Origin: the human T2T-CHM13v2.0 reference genome, Homo sapiens | Direction: 5' to 3' | NCBI GenBank assembly: GCA_009914755.4 | Contig: CP086569.2 | Coordinates: forward strand, 27,104,001-27,168,000 | Length of the DNA stretch: 64,000 nucleotides | Shown: piece after piece, positions 1-20,325 of the stretch | Numbering within the stretch: the first letter of the stretch is position 1 | How the letters are laid out: every line of letters begins with the position of its first letter | Program-made: the position numbers and the translations under genes | Notes under the pieces: generated by a model | The model's input: the letters and a program-made list of their open reading frames with translations, nothing else | Databases searched by the model: none | What the model was told of the DNA's origin: nothing

Positions 1-756
1 ACTATTGTGTTTTTAAATGTATTACTGTTCACACAGAATCATGTCATCTGTAAAATGAGAATTTTATTTCTTCTTTCCCATCCTTCCAATTTTTATTTCT
101 TTTCTTGCCTTAATGCTTTGGCTAGGAATCTCTAGGACATGCTGAAAAGCAGTGATGATAGTAAGTTTTCATTCTCTGTAATCCTGCCATCAAAGAGAAT
201 GCTTTCAGCATTTTTTCATTAAGTGTAATGTTTGTTGTAAGATTTATGCAGATACCACTCATCAAATTAAAGCAATTCCCTTCTATTCCTACAGAAAACA
301 GGCTAAGAGGGTTTCTCGTTGTTTTTTAATCATTAGTGTATGTTGAACTTTATCACATGCTATTCTTCCCCATATATTGAGATGATTGCTTTTCTCCTTT
401 TTTCTGTCAGGAAGGTGAATTACATTGAATAATTTTTGAATGATAAAGCAACACTGAATTCTTGGGACAAGCTCAACTTGGTCAAGATGTACCATCTTTT
501 TATATAGATTTTTAAACATATTCACTATTATTTAGTTTAGAATTTCTACCACATTCATGAAAGAAATTGGCTTATAATTTTCCCTTCTTGTAATATGCTG
601 GTCAGCTTTGTGAATTAAGGTTATGTGAATTGTGAGTGTTCTCTACATGTCTATTTCTGTAAGAATTTGTGTAAGATTTGGGTTATTTCCTCCTTAAATG
701 ATTGGAAGTGTTCACTAATCAAGTCATCTGGGTTTACAGTGTTCCTTGTGGGAAGG

Positions 757-1058
757 TTTTGTTTTTTATTTTTGAGACAGAGTCTTACTTCGTTGCCCAT
801 GCTGGAGTACAGTGGCGTGATCATAGCTGACTGTAGCCTTGATTTCCTGGACTCAGGCAATTTTCCCTCCTCAGCCTTTGCAAGTAGCTGGGACTACAGG
901 TGCACGCCACCACACCTGGCTAACTTTTTTTTATTTTTAGTAGAGATGAGGTCTCGCTATGTTGCCTAGGCTGATCTTGAACTCCTGAGCTCAAGCGATC
1001 CTCCCACCTTGACTTCCCAGAGTGCTGGTTTATAGGTGTGAGCCACTGTGTCCAGCCC
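757..1058 (-). mobile_element. Alu SINE (older S/J-like)
   Basis: Poly-T, then the reverse complement of the Alu right and left arms (gagacagagtct...cccaggctggagtacagtggc...agtgctggtttataggtgtgagccactgtgtccagcc). Confidence 0.85.
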
Positions 1059-1400
1059 TTATGGGAAAGTTTTAAATAAAGGGTTCAATGTCTTTAATAG
1101 AGTTAGGCTTATTCAAATTTTCTGTTTTGGTAATTGTTTTTTAAGAAATTTTCCATTTTGTCTGTATTATCACATTTAGTGGCATAAAGTTGTTAATAAT
1201 ACCCTTAGAATACATTTGTTATTTTAATATCTAGAGCAGTGGCTTTCAAATTGTTTTGGTCTCAAGATCCTTTAATATTTTTTAAAATTATTGAGAACCC
1301 CAGAAAGCTTTTGTTTATATGGGGATTAATATTTATCTTACTAGAAATTAAAATTTAAAAATTAAAAAATGTATTTATTAATTTATTTAAAAATAATAGC

Positions 1401-6075
<4,675 letters not shown>

Positions 6076-6351
6076 ACTATATCTTCCAAAACAAAAAATT
6101 AGAAGAGTGGCATTGTTTTACATTTTCATAAATTTCTTTAATGTTGGTTTAATAGAAGACAGTGGGATCCTCTTATCTCTTTATGCAGTCAATATATTGT
6201 TTTGGTTAAAATATATAAAGACTAGTCTTTCACAAATACATAGTTGGAAAAGCGAGGAGTATTGTGATAGCTTTCTCAGATAATTGGGAGATATTTTTCT
6301 TTGATGCTACACCAACACAAGTGGTGGTTAATTACAATGTATACTCTAAAA

Positions 6352-6700
6352 CAGGGGTCCCCAACTCCCGGGCTGCAGAACAGGACTGATCTGTGGCCTG
6401 TTAGGAACCACGCTGTACAGCAGGAGGTGAGCGAGTGAGCATTGATGCCTGAGCTCTGCCCTCTGTCAGATCAGCCACGGCATTAGATTCTCATAGGGAC
6501 GTGAACCCTATTGTGAGCTGCCCATGCCAGGAATCTAGGTTGTGCATGCCTTATGAGAATCTAACTAATGCCTGATGATCTGCAGAACAGTTTTACCCAA
6601 AACCATCACCGTCCCCCACACCCCATGCCTCCACCAGTCTGTGGAAAAATTGTCTTCCACAAAACCAGTCCCTGGTGCCAAAAAGGTTGGAGAACACTGC
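6352..6700. mobile_element. Non-autonomous DNA transposon (hAT-like MITE, MER-type)
   Basis: Terminal inverted repeats caggggtccccaac... / ...gttggagaacactg. Flanked by the 8-bp direct repeat ctctaaaa on both sides, the TSD length typical of hAT elements. Confidence 0.6.
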
Positions 6701-7689
6701 TCTAAAATATATTAATAGATTTTTCATATTCTGTTACATTGAAATCCTTTGGTCTATCTTATACTTTCAAAGAATCTTCTTATTCATGCATGATTTTGTA
6801 ACATATCTTTATAAGTCATTTGTAAAATATTGGTGCATTTGTAAAATATTGCTACATTAAGCAGATCTTCCCAATATTGACATACTACATTATATAATAA
6901 TAGTAAAAATAAATTATTTAATATCACCTTTGATCTTAGAACAGTCTTTAAGTATTGGGAAGCTGTCAGTAATATTACTCATGGTGGCATATAAGTTTTC
7001 TAAAATTCTAATTTCTGCTTGAAAGTTTAAATTTTTAATTGGCAACAAATACTCAACGGCTTGACTCTATTTTCAAGAAAATGTCTGCCAAATTACTCAG
7101 GTGTGAATAACCATTGTTTGACCATCAGTAATGCTTTGAAGTAAAAAACGGTGTTCTGTGAAAAATCAAGCTAGTTTCTGCCCTCTCTTGGGACTCCAAT
7201 CATTTATGTTAGACCTTACTGGCCATGTTCTACTGATTTATCATGCTTTTTCTGCATTTTGCATCCTTTTATCTCTCTGTGCTTCATTCTGGATATTTTC
7301 CACTGTCCAACCTTTCAGTTCACTATCATTTCTTTATCTGGTCTACTACTGCAAACTCACCAACTGAGTTTCTTGATTTCAGTGATTTTTTGTTTCTAGA
7401 ATTTCCACTTGATTGTTTTTAACAGATTGCAGTTCTCTGGTGAAAATCTCTACTTCTTATCTACTTCCTGGAACATATTAATCACAATGATTTTAAAGTC
7501 CATGTCTGATAATATCAGTATCTGGACCTGTTCCTATTGTCTATTTTTTCTTTTGGTCTTTTGGTAACTCTTATTTCTTGGTATGTATGCTAATTTTTAA
7601 ATTAACATCAGGCGTATTTAATAAAAAAACGTAGTGAGTGATAACTCATGACTGTTGTTGCTACCCTTCAGAGAGAATATTTTTTCCCC

Positions 7690-7900
7690 CTGGCAGTTAG
7701 GCTAAGGAAGTGGTTCTTAAACTTTCACTTGTATCAGAACCACTTTGAGGGCTTATGCAATACAAATTTCTGAGTACCACACCAACAGAGGTCCTGATTC
7801 AGCAGGTCTGGTGTAGGGGTCTGAGAATCTGCATTTCTAATAAGTTCAGATGACACTGCTGGTCTGGGGACCACACTTTAAGAAACAAGAGACTAAGGAA
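7690..7900. repeat. Ancient interspersed repeat of unassigned family (MER/MIR-age)
   Basis: Matches the widespread motif ...gttcttaaactt..cagaaccactt..gagggcttatgcaa..ctgattcagcaggtctgg..gagaatctgcatttctaa..gctggtctggggaccacacttt. Confidence 0.35.
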
Positions 7901-9929
7901 AAGTACCTTAATCCACTTTGATACTGAGCTGGTTGGAAGCTAGGCTTCAGTCTTTTCAAGGGCTGGTCTATTTCTGGTAAGTCCTTAGAATGTAGCCCTT
8001 CAGTGGTTCTAAATCAAAGTCTGGGGTATCTGCTAGGCTCTCTTTCTGAACTCCAATCATTCCCTGAGTCCCATGAGACTACCAAAATCTTGTTCAGTTT
8101 CTCAGGCTCATAGCCACTGCTTTACTAATCAGCAAATACCTCAAGGGGAAAAGTAGAGCCAAATGTTGGGTTTACCCTTTTAAGGTTTCCTTCTCTCCAG
8201 GATCTTGATCCCTCAAGTTCTCACTTGCTTCGTAACTCTCAAGTACCTTCAAAAACTTTTTTCTTATATTTATCCAGCTTTTTCTAGTTATTCTCAGTGG
8301 GAGATTTTACATAAACAAAATATGCCACAGACTGAAGCAGAAGTACCCAACCAGGCAATGTTTTTAATACTCATATTTTTTCCCTCAAGGTAAATTAGTA
8401 AATTGGAATTCCAATACATGTGTCAATATACTGTAGTTTGGTAGGTTTGCATATTTCCTTAATATATTCCTCTCCTCTGAGTGAACTAAAAAAATTAAGT
8501 CCCAAAACTAAAGCTGTAGTCCAGATACTGGAATTGGTGAGAACTAACTTCCCATGAAGTTCTGTCTAGATTACCAGCAAACCTACTCATATGTTATTTC
8601 TACCTGCAAAACATACAGTATCACTATTTTACTGAATTCTTGATCTTTATCTCTTCTTTGCATACAGTACAGAAGGCACAGTGAAAGAAAAAGGGCTCAA
8701 GCTCCCTTATCCTACTGTCTACTCTAGAGAGTTTTTTTGAATGAGAGAAACAGAGCTCATAAAAACCTGGTAGGTAAGATCAGGAATATTTTACTTGACT
8801 TGGAATCTTAAATATTTGAAATCACACATGTGAAATCACATTACTTTTTTGCCAGGGGGAAAAAACAGGCAAAAATATGAAAATAAAAATCAACTAAAAT
8901 TCTACCACATGGAGATAATCTCATTTTTATTTTACTGCATATAAGTCCAGATTGTATGTAAATATATAGTATACAAACTATATATAGTTTTTTATAAACC
9001 ATAAAACTATAAAAACTATATACTATGAATATCACACATATTACTCTGTAGCCTGTGTCAATATATGAGAGTTTTATTATTTAAGAAAAAATATATAAAA
9101 ACAAAACCCATAAATTCCAGTACTTGAACTGTAAATGTTTTTGAAGGAACATTTTCATTTATTTTTCTTTATCTCAGATGGGCATTCGAAAGATCAGAGA
9201 AGTAACGTGCCTAACTTATAGCTGCGTTGAGGACATACTATACTACGTTTTCATTAGAGACTAAGTCCTTCTGTAACACTTTCTAAAATCTAGACCAGCT
9301 GGTCAGCAAACTATGACCTTGGGCCAAATCTGGCCTGCAACATTTTTGTAAATAAAGTTTTATTGGAATCACAGAGAAGAGTTTAGTAACTGCAACAGAG
9401 ACAACATGGCCTGCAAAGGCCAAAATAATCACTATCTGACCCTTTATAGAAAAATATTGCTGACCCCTATGTAGAGCAAGCCCTCACTCCAAACTCCTTG
9501 ATTTTTCTGAGAAGCATTGCAGCCATCCATGAATCTGAATGCTACAGGATTCTTCATTGCTATTCAAAGAAGACAGATATAGTCTCACAAAACAGAAATA
9601 AAAATAATGGAAGCCATGGCTTCTCATCTATCCCCTTGCCTCCTGCATCTGGAAAAAACTAGGCTAACACTCACAGTTTAGTAGCATGGGAAGGAATTCA
9701 GATGCCAAAGTCCTCTTATTACCATCTCTATCTATTATGTTTCCTAGAGGGCAGGAAGAATTTTTCTTTGTATTTGTTATGATATTGAGATTACACAATC
9801 AGTGGCATTCAAATAATTGATTACAGAGAATTAAGCATGACTTCACAGATATACTTTGTACTTTGTCTCTAAAGTTTATACTGCCCCTTCGCACACTATA
9901 AATGGACAAATTCTGCCTCAAGAAGTTGT

Positions 9930-10067
9930 TTTGGGAGAATTGCTTGAGCCCAGGAAGTCAAGGCTGCAGTGAGCCATCACTGCACCACTGCACTGTAGCC
10001 CAGGGTGACAGAGTGAGAGACTGTTTCAAAAAAAAAAAAAGAAAAGAAAAGAAAAAGAAAAAGGAAG
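9930..10067 (+). mobile_element. Alu right-arm 3' fragment with A-rich/(GAAAA)n tail
   Basis: gagcccaggaagtcaaggctgcagtgagccatcactgcaccactgcactgtagcccagggtgacagagtgagagactgtttcaaaaaaaaaaaaagaaaag... Confidence 0.7.
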
Positions 10068-10865
10068 TTGTGCAAAACATCCAGCAAATCACCAGTGAAT
10101 ATTTTAAAAGTCACAATAAATGATGATAAAAGACCTAAACTATACCTTTTATACAGGTATAGTGTAGTGATAAAGTACCCTGGCATAAAAATCATACTGC
10201 CTGGTTTTGTACCATGGCTTCTCAACTTACTTGGTAGGTGATTGTGGATAAATTATTTAAGCACTCTATACCCAAGTTTCTTATACAATGAAGATATGAG
10301 CAGTTGTAATAGATATATACAGATATATTAATAGAGTTGTGAAGATAAAATGCAAACCCATGTAAGGCACTTAGAATAAAACCTGGCACACGTTTGCTGC
10401 TACTACCATGACCAGAACTACTATCATCATGACCAATACTCTTACTACTACATTATTTTCATTGTCATATTAAAAGCTCATCAGTAATAATTTGGAAAAT
10501 AAAGAAAGGATAGGTGTGCTACAATATTCATCACATCTAAATCAAAGAGTTCCCCTTAATTATTTTTACCAGGTATGGCTAACTCATTTGGAAGAGGACT
10601 TAATTCCCTTGAAATATTCTCCATGAAGCTTCATAGGGTTACCTAAGTAAAATAAAACTACTCCAAGTAGATGAATGAAAAAAGAAATAATCATAATTTC
10701 CAAGGAGAGAACAACGCTGCTTTCTCTAGAATGATAACAAAATAAATTTTGTCTGGAATCCAATGGGAAATTGGGTTTTGAAGTAGCTTTAGAGTCCTAT
10801 ACCTCAAATCTGTTGAGGAGAGAATGGTATTTAAACATGTTCACTCCAAACAGGAAAGGAACTAA

Positions 10866-11240
<375 letters not shown>

Positions 11241-11393
11241 TAGCTTATAATATATAAAAATATAATTAAAGACATACTATATAAATATTTTATAGTATAT
11301 GTCTAATACTGACCACTGAGGATGCTGTGGTCATTAATTACAGAATATCTAATGGTCTTATAAGATAGTTTATTATTGATTGAACTATGCCCT

Positions 11394-11696
11394 TTTTTTT
11401 TTTTTTTTTGAGACAGAGTCTCACTCTGTTGCCCAAGCTGGAGTGCAGTGGCACAATCTCAGGCTCAATGCAACCTCTGCCTCCTGGGTTCAAGCAATCC
11501 TCCCACCTCAGCCTCCCTAGTAGCTGGGACTACAGGCGCATGCCACCACACTCAGCTAGTTTTTGCATTTTTTAATAGAGAAGACGGAGTTTCACCATGT
11601 TGGCGAGACTGGTCTCGAACTCCTGACCTCAGGTGATCTGCCCGGCTCAGCCTCTCAAAGTGCTAGGATTACAGGCATGAGCCACGATGCCTGGCC
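11394..11696 (-). mobile_element. AluS
   Basis: Poly-T plus reverse-complement Alu consensus, ending ...gccacgatgcctggcc. Confidence 0.9.
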
Positions 11697-12459
11697 AATG
11701 TCCTGTATATTAACATAAGATTACATCCACAAAAGTTCTTCAGACATCCTAAAAACACCTTCTTTAATATCAACCTGGAAGTAAATATGGATAGCTACTG
11801 GGGGCGGGGGTAGGGGGACAGACTTAGGGGGATCATGGGAATCACAGACCTATGCCTACAGACTTTATGAATTCAAGATGTCATTTGATCTAATTCTAAG
11901 ACTTCAGGTAGACACAAAAAATGTATTCTTATTTTACGGATGAGTCAATAAAAGCCTAAGGAGATGCTAAAACACCCAAGGTAACAATGTTATATACCTA
12001 AAGGGATTTTAACCATGTTCTCCTGCTTCCGGTATAGTTTTTCTTATATTGCACCACAATGAACACTGTTTCCTCCACTCAGTACCATGGTATTCTAGCT
12101 ATGTAGATTTATGTAGCAAGACATTTCTTCTGGCAAATCCTGCAATATCGGGAACTAATGGATAACAATGTCTTGCATTAAACTTCTCCTAGCATCCCGA
12201 CATTTCCCAAAAATCTGTCATAATCAACACTCCATTCTTGGGAAAGTATGATTTTTACATTTCTAGAAATTTCCATCAACATGGTATAAGACTGCCATGA
12301 ACAAACTATAAACATTAAAAATATCAGGGATAAATTCTTCTTTGGAGGATGCAGTTGACTCTACAGTTGCTAGGACACTATGAGGTAAATTTTAGTTTAA
12401 ATTTTCCTTGCTGTTCCTAATTGGGAAGGGGAGGCTAATACTATGGTACAATAGAAAGA

Positions 12460-12580
12460 ACAGGCACCTGGATTCTAGTTTTAGCTCTGCCATTAATTAC
12501 TTGTTTGATCTTAAGTGAATCAATCTCTTGGAACTCTAGTTTCTTCATCTGTAAAACAAAGGGGTAAATCTAAAATTTTA
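12460..12580 (+). mobile_element. MIR SINE fragment
   Basis: Core-like motif ...ctctgccattaattacttgtttgatcttaagtgaatcaatctcttggaactctagtttcttcatctgtaaaacaaagg... Confidence 0.5.
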
Positions 12581-12771
12581 AAGATCCCATTTAGCTTTAA
12601 ACCATGATGAATCCATATTTATACTGATTCTGAACAAACGGCCTCTAAGTCTGCTCACCAAATGTCTATTCTCAGTCTGGCCAAATACTACATTTCTTTT
12701 ATTTCATGGGTTACTTTCTTTAATACTGACCAACAGAACTTTGTGTAATAATGGAAATGTTGTATACCTGC

Positions 12772-12912
12772 ACAGCCCAATATGGTTGCCACTAGTCACA
12801 TGTGGTCACTGAGCAGTTAAAAGAGGAACTAAATTTTAAATTTAATTTTAATTATTTAAATTTGAGTAGCCACACATGGCTACTGATTACCATACTGCAC
12901 ACCACAGCTCTA
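12772..12912. mobile_element. Palindromic MITE (MER-type DNA transposon)
   Basis: About 30-bp terminal inverted repeats (cccaatatggttgccactagtcacatgtgg ... ccacacatggctactgattaccatactg) around an AT-rich core. Confidence 0.55.
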
Positions 12913-13029
12913 GAAGTCCTGAGAATTCAATTAAAAGACAATATTATCAAGCCCTCTCCTCAAACCTGAAAACCAGATCCAACTCATAAAACTTAAACTT
13001 AACAAAATTTCATCAAAAATGCAATTTGT

Positions 13030-13316
13030 GGCTGGGCACGGTGGCTCATGCCTGTAATTCCAGCATTTCAGGAGGCCGAGGCGGGCAGATTACCTGAGGC
13101 CAGGAGTTTGAGATCATTCTGGCCAACACAGTGAAAGCATGTCTCTACTAAAAACAGAAGAAATTGCATAGTGGCCTACACCTGTAATCCTAGCTACCGG
13201 GGAGGCTGAGGCATGAGATTCACTTGAACCTGGGAAGCAGAGGTTGCAGTGAGATCGCACCACTGCACTCCGGCCTGGGCGACAAGAGTGGGACTCTGTC
13301 TCAAAAAAAAAAAAAA
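13030..13316 (+). mobile_element. Alu (S/Y) with TSD
   Basis: ggctgggcacggtggctcatgcctgtaat... poly-A tail. Flanked by the direct repeat aaaatgcaatttgt. Confidence 0.9.
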
Positions 13317-16300
13317 TGCAATTTGTTAGTCAGCTAAGTTTAAAAGCAATTGATTCCATTTTCTTCTCAAAGTTCTCATTTTTCTCCTATGCTTCATGGA
13401 GGTGGTATTAGAGTAATCTTACATTTTTATATGTGGTACTTTAAATAGTGCCATATAGTGCTGGGGTTCCCACCTTTACAACAGTTCTATAGATATAGCA
13501 AATAGGAGTAAGCCCACAGATACAGCACACTTTAGAGCTACTTTTTCCCAATTGCAGCATTTATACTCTGCTGTCTCTGTACGCCTTTCCCTGTACCACC
13601 CTACTTTCCCTCTGCCCCCTTTGACAAAGAGCGCTCCAAGAAAACAGGCTGTTACCTCCTCGAGCAGGCCTGCATAACAGAACGAAGGTCAAGAGATGCG
13701 TGGAAACGAATAGCCAGAAAGGTAAGTGGCTGCTGGGAAAGACTGCAGTCTCAGCACCCGGTCTCCCTTGGACACTGGAAAAGGCTTGCACTGCCACTGC
13801 TATACAGCAAGCCAGAGGCAAAGCTTGCAATTTGCTAAGGAGCTGCTACTAAGGAGGAGGAGAAGGAAGGGGAGGAGAAAAGGGAAAGAAGGCAAAATCT
13901 TGGGCCTCGGCAGAGCCAATGCTGCTAATAGTTCCCAAAATAACATTCAATTAGATACATGTTTTATACACTGTACCAAACCAATCAATACTACTTCTCA
14001 TTTGACAGGGAGGGGAGAGAGAGAAATTATTCCTCATGTGAAAGAAGACAGAGCAAAGAGAGATGCAGCATTCTCATTCTGGATCCTATTTCATCTGCCC
14101 TTGAGCTACCCTAGTTGCTGCATCCATCCAACTGAGCTGTAAATACTGCCTCACTTGAGGCTCAGGCATAGCCAGCTGGCAAATGCCAACAGCTGTGAAG
14201 AGACAGATAGATAAAAAAGGAACACCTGACACACAGAAATGCAGGAACAAATTTCATATCTGCTATAAATGGGATAAACCTAGATAGATAAAGAGTTTAC
14301 ATACCACTCAATTTGATAAGCTAGCTACAGATCAGGAAGATTTCCAGGTCTAATATGTGTCACATATCAAAATATGATCTGATTTCATAGTTTAGGACAA
14401 TTGCATTCAAATGCTCATGTGCCATTTTTGGCCTCTCTAATCTGACACTGAGATCAGAGCTCATGTTTAAGCAACGAATCAAAGCTACAATTCCATTAAG
14501 AATTTTTTAAGAAAGAATTTCCCTCAGCCAAACTAAGCATTTCTTAAATCTAGACCTATAATTAACTGGCCCCAAATGTCAAGAGTGCTGAGTTTGCAGG
14601 GGGTGAAGTCAGCAAATTTTGTCTGTAAAGGGCCAAACAGTAAATCTTTCAGGTTTTGCAGGCCTACTCAACAGCTCTGTTGTGAGGCCAAAGCAGTCAC
14701 AGACAACACATAAATGAATGGGCAAGGCTGTGTGACTACTGCTTGCTGTGCTACACCAGCAGAAGGGAGCAGCTGCAACAGAAACCATGTGGCTTGAAAA
14801 GTCTAAAATATTTATTATCTGGTCCTTTGCAGAAAACATTTGCTGATCCCTGCTCTAGACGCTAAGTTATATATCACCAAGCTATGGCTCAGAGAAGTCC
14901 TTTTGCTTTAGAGAAAGTGTGAGTCTGGTGTTTCTGTGACCTACCTTAGATAACTACTATATCATCTTGAATTCTTTTCCATGTGAACATTTGTTCCATT
15001 AAAAACATGCCAGCCTCAGTGCCAAAGCCACTTGCACAATGACAATGCTTTTACTTATGTAGGTCACTCTACAGTTAATTCACTGGTCAGAACAAGTGTT
15101 ACTGATGGTAAGAATGGCAGATTCAAGCACCAACAAGGCCAGTGAGTGCTGCTTTATTTCACACACATCAGCTATACCAGCTGGACCTGGCCAACTGTCT
15201 CAAATATTTATCATTTACTACAAAGTAGACCAAGACAAATTCAGCACCACCACTAATTTTTTTTAATAAGATAGCCCAAGAAACTAAACACACAAAATGT
15301 ATATGGAAATAACCTATATATCAAACAATAAGGGGAATGGTTAAATAAAGAAAGTTCATATGATAAAATATTATAGACATTAAAAGACAAACTAAAAAGT
15401 ACCATATATATGTAAGTTCCAAAATATTCATATCTGGAATATATAAAAAACTTTTACCCATTTTTTTAAAAAGAACCAACCTAATGACAACAACAAAATC
15501 AACAAAATACATAATCAGGAAATTCACAAAAAAGGAAACCAGAAAAGCATATAAACATAAGAGAAAATGTTGTTTCACTAGTAATAAAAAAAATGCAAAT
15601 TAAAATGAGAAATGATTTCATCTTCCTTAGATTACCAAAAAAGCAGCAACAAAAAAAAAAAAAACAAAAACATTTTAAGTCTAACCTAGTTGTAAAGAAT
15701 TAGAAACTCACATACATTGCTGGTGAGAGTGAAGAGGAGAGCAATCAGGCAGTGTCCAGTGAGATGCACTTACCCTATAGACCCAGAAATTCCATTTGGA
15801 AATAAATACTGTTGAGAAACTCTTGCACGTTTGTGTCAAGAAACATGAACAAGAATGTAAACAGCAGCATCATTAGTATTAGGGGAAGAAAAAAAAAGAC
15901 CTAAACACCTAAATGTCCATCAGCACAGGAAAAAAACAAAAACAAACTGTGGTATAATGGTACAATGGACTAAACTAAGCATTTAGAGTGAACAGACAGA
16001 ATGCTAAGTGACAAGAGCAAGTTTCAGAATGATGTGTGCAGGTTATACCATTTATATAAAGTATTAAAACATGTAAAAGAATTATATAAGTATGCAAATG
16101 AAAAATAATAGTAATAAAAATTTGAGAATGATAAATAGCAAATTCAGGATAGTGATTAATTTTAGGGAGAGAGTCAAGAGATGAGACTGAGGAGAGATAC
16201 ACAGGAGCTTAGCTATATTTTATTCTTAATAACTGAAGCAAATATGGCAAAATATTGGGATTTGATCAGACCAGAAGATGGAGAGATTGGGTGTTTGTGA

Positions 16301-16323
16301 TATTTAGTAACTTTTTGTTTTCA

Positions 16324-16630
16324 TTTTTTTTTTTTTTTTTGAGATGAGGTCTTGCTCTGCCACCCAGGCTGGAGTACAGCTGGCATGATCATAGCTCACT
16401 ACAGCCTCAAGTGGGCTCAAGTGATCCTCCCACATCAGCCACTTGAGAAGCTGGGATTACAGGCACAGGCTCCCATGCCTGGCTAAATTTTTTTTTTCTT
16501 TATAATTCTCTGTAGAGATGAGGTCTCACTATGTTGCCCAGGCTTGTCTCCAACTCCTGAGTGCAAGTGATCCTCCCACCTCTGCCTCCCAAAGTGCTAG
16601 TATTACAGGCATAAGCCACTGCACCTGGCC
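16324..16630 (-). mobile_element. Alu (J/S-like)
   Basis: Poly-T plus reverse-complement Alu, ending ...agccactgcacctggcc. Confidence 0.85.
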
Positions 16631-18292
16631 AATAATCTTTTAAAAGAAAAAGCCATACACAGCATGATCTCAAAATAAATAAAATATATAAAGATGTTAG
16701 CAGTGATATTGCTGATGGTAAGAATACGGGCAATTTTTATTTTCTATTTAAAATACAGTTATTGTGGGAAATTTTGTAAACTTTTTAAAAGGTTAGAAAC
16801 TTTTAACTTTGAAAAATGATCATTAATATTTAAAGGACTGTTCCAAACAGTAAGATATACATAAAAGAGATGTATTTGTATTTCACACTTTTTTTTATTA
16901 CCATAGTTCAAAGTGATATAGAAAGCACAGGTACTCCTCAGTATATGCTAAATACTAAAGGAAGCTAAATATGCCAGAAAAAAATTGGTCGGCCATAGGG
17001 GGCAAAGAGACAGAATAGAGGTCGGATGTGGTAGAAAAAGGAGTTCTAGCTTGCATAAGTAGGCAATCAGGAAAAGACCTGTGTTAGCATAGGTGGACTC
17101 TCTGTATTACGACCAGTAGATTCACAGACTCGCCTACTCTCACCAACTCCTAGAAATCGGTCTCCAGCTCCTGTAATCACTAGGATGGCCTCCAATGGGG
17201 GAAAAGGGTGGTATCTGGGGAAGCAGAAAAGCTCTTAGACCTGTGGTTCTTAACCTTTATTGAAATCTAACCCATCTTTAACAATCAGATAAGAAATGCA
17301 ATCTCCTACCCCTAAAAAAGCACTTACGTATACACAAAATTTGGCTAGCAATTTCAGGGATTTCTGAACTTTCCATTAGCTCAGATTATGAAGGAAAGGA
17401 TCTAGAAAGAAAGAACTCCCTAAAAGACCTAAATTCGATTTATCTTCAGAGAAAGCCTCTAAAATAAGTCCATTATTTTCACTTTCCAATTACCCTACTT
17501 TGCAGATGAATCCAATTCCTTTAAGACTCAGTGGCATATTTTTTTTTTCTTTTTTGAGTCAGGTTTCCTGAGGTAAGTTTACATATGGTAAAATTTGTCC
17601 TTTTTAGCAAATAGGTCTGTGAGTTCAAGTTTTGACAAATGCATAAAGTCTCTGTCACTGTAATCAAGATACAGAACAATTCTGTCACCCTCCAAAACTC
17701 ACTCATGCTACTTGGTAGTCACCCCAGTCCTAGCCTAAGGAAAATTTTTTTTAACTTTTATTTTTTATTTATTTATATAGGTAAACTCATGTCACAGAGT
17801 TTGTTGTGCAGATTATTTCATCAGCCAGGTACTAAGCCTACTACCCAATAGTTATTTTTAAAACTCACTGTTGAAGAAACACATTGACATTTTCTCACAC
17901 TAGAAAGTAATATATAAACCAACAACTGCCTTAGCTCATTAAGTCAGATGTTGGCCACTATACTAAACTGTAGATTATAACAAAAAAAGTGCTATTCTAC
18001 CCACAACTAACCACCATTCTCGAAGTTCTAGGAAGGTAGGGACTACTCTTCATCATTACATCATTAAAATTTAGCATTGTGCCTACCCTTTATTTGGTAC
18101 TCTAAAACAATTATTGAACTGAATTAAGGTTATGGATGAAATTCAGAATCTGAGCTATTCAGTTTTGTTTTAGAGTTGACCCTAATTCTCTACATATTTA
18201 TTTACCATTTTTAAAGTTTGGTCAACAGTGTATTGGTTCATGCGCTCATTTTGTTCATTCTATTCAACCAGTTTCCCATTTTACCTTTCTTT

Positions 18293-18564
18293 TCTTTTTT
18301 TTGAGACAGAGTCTTGCTCTGTCACCCAGGCTGGAGTGCAGTGATCACTGCAACCTCTGCCTCCTGGGTCTAAACGACTCAGCCTCTCAAGTAGCTAGGA
18401 CTACAGGCAGGCACCACCATGCCTGGCTAATTTTTTGTATTTTTAGTACAGACGGGATTTCACCATGTTGGCGAGGCTGGTTTCGAACTCCTGACCTCAG
18501 GTGATCCGCCCGCCTCAGCCTCCCAAAGTGCTGGGATTACAGGCATGAGCCACCATCCCCAGCC
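18293..18564 (-). mobile_element. Alu (S/Y, small internal deletion)
   Basis: Poly-T ... gagacagagtcttgctctgtcacccaggctggagtgcagtg ... ccaccatccccagcc. Confidence 0.85.
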
Positions 18565-18780
18565 ACCACTTTACCCTTCTTTACCTATTCCAAATCTCTG
18601 TTCTGAAGCAAGATCTTGTAAGGGAGTTGGACATATTAAGTACTGATAATTAAAATTTAAGACAAAAATTGCCACAAAGAGATAGCTCTGGAGAGGAAAT
18701 CTGAGGAGTATCAGGAATAAAATATTGCAAGGGGATGATCTGGGCAGAATCTAAAGAGAATAAGAGACTTCCTAGAAAAC

Positions 18781-20325
<1,545 letters not shown>

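Noticed and set aside
8841-9035. AT-rich palindromic low-complexity stretch (tatatagtatacaaactatatatag...) with a 64-aa minus ORF
   Set aside because: This is simple AT-rich low-complexity sequence. It has no transposon termini, gene signal or regulatory motif I can support.
13561-13830. Minus-strand 89-aa ORF overlapping the CpG-enriched segment, tested as a possible downstream MYPT exon (RRSTQGVTLTDLQ region)
   Set aside because: No frame gives MYPT-like sequence. The plus-strand R-R-S string (ERRSRDAWK) is coincidental. Only the plus-strand exon-like feature is retained as a low-confidence finding.
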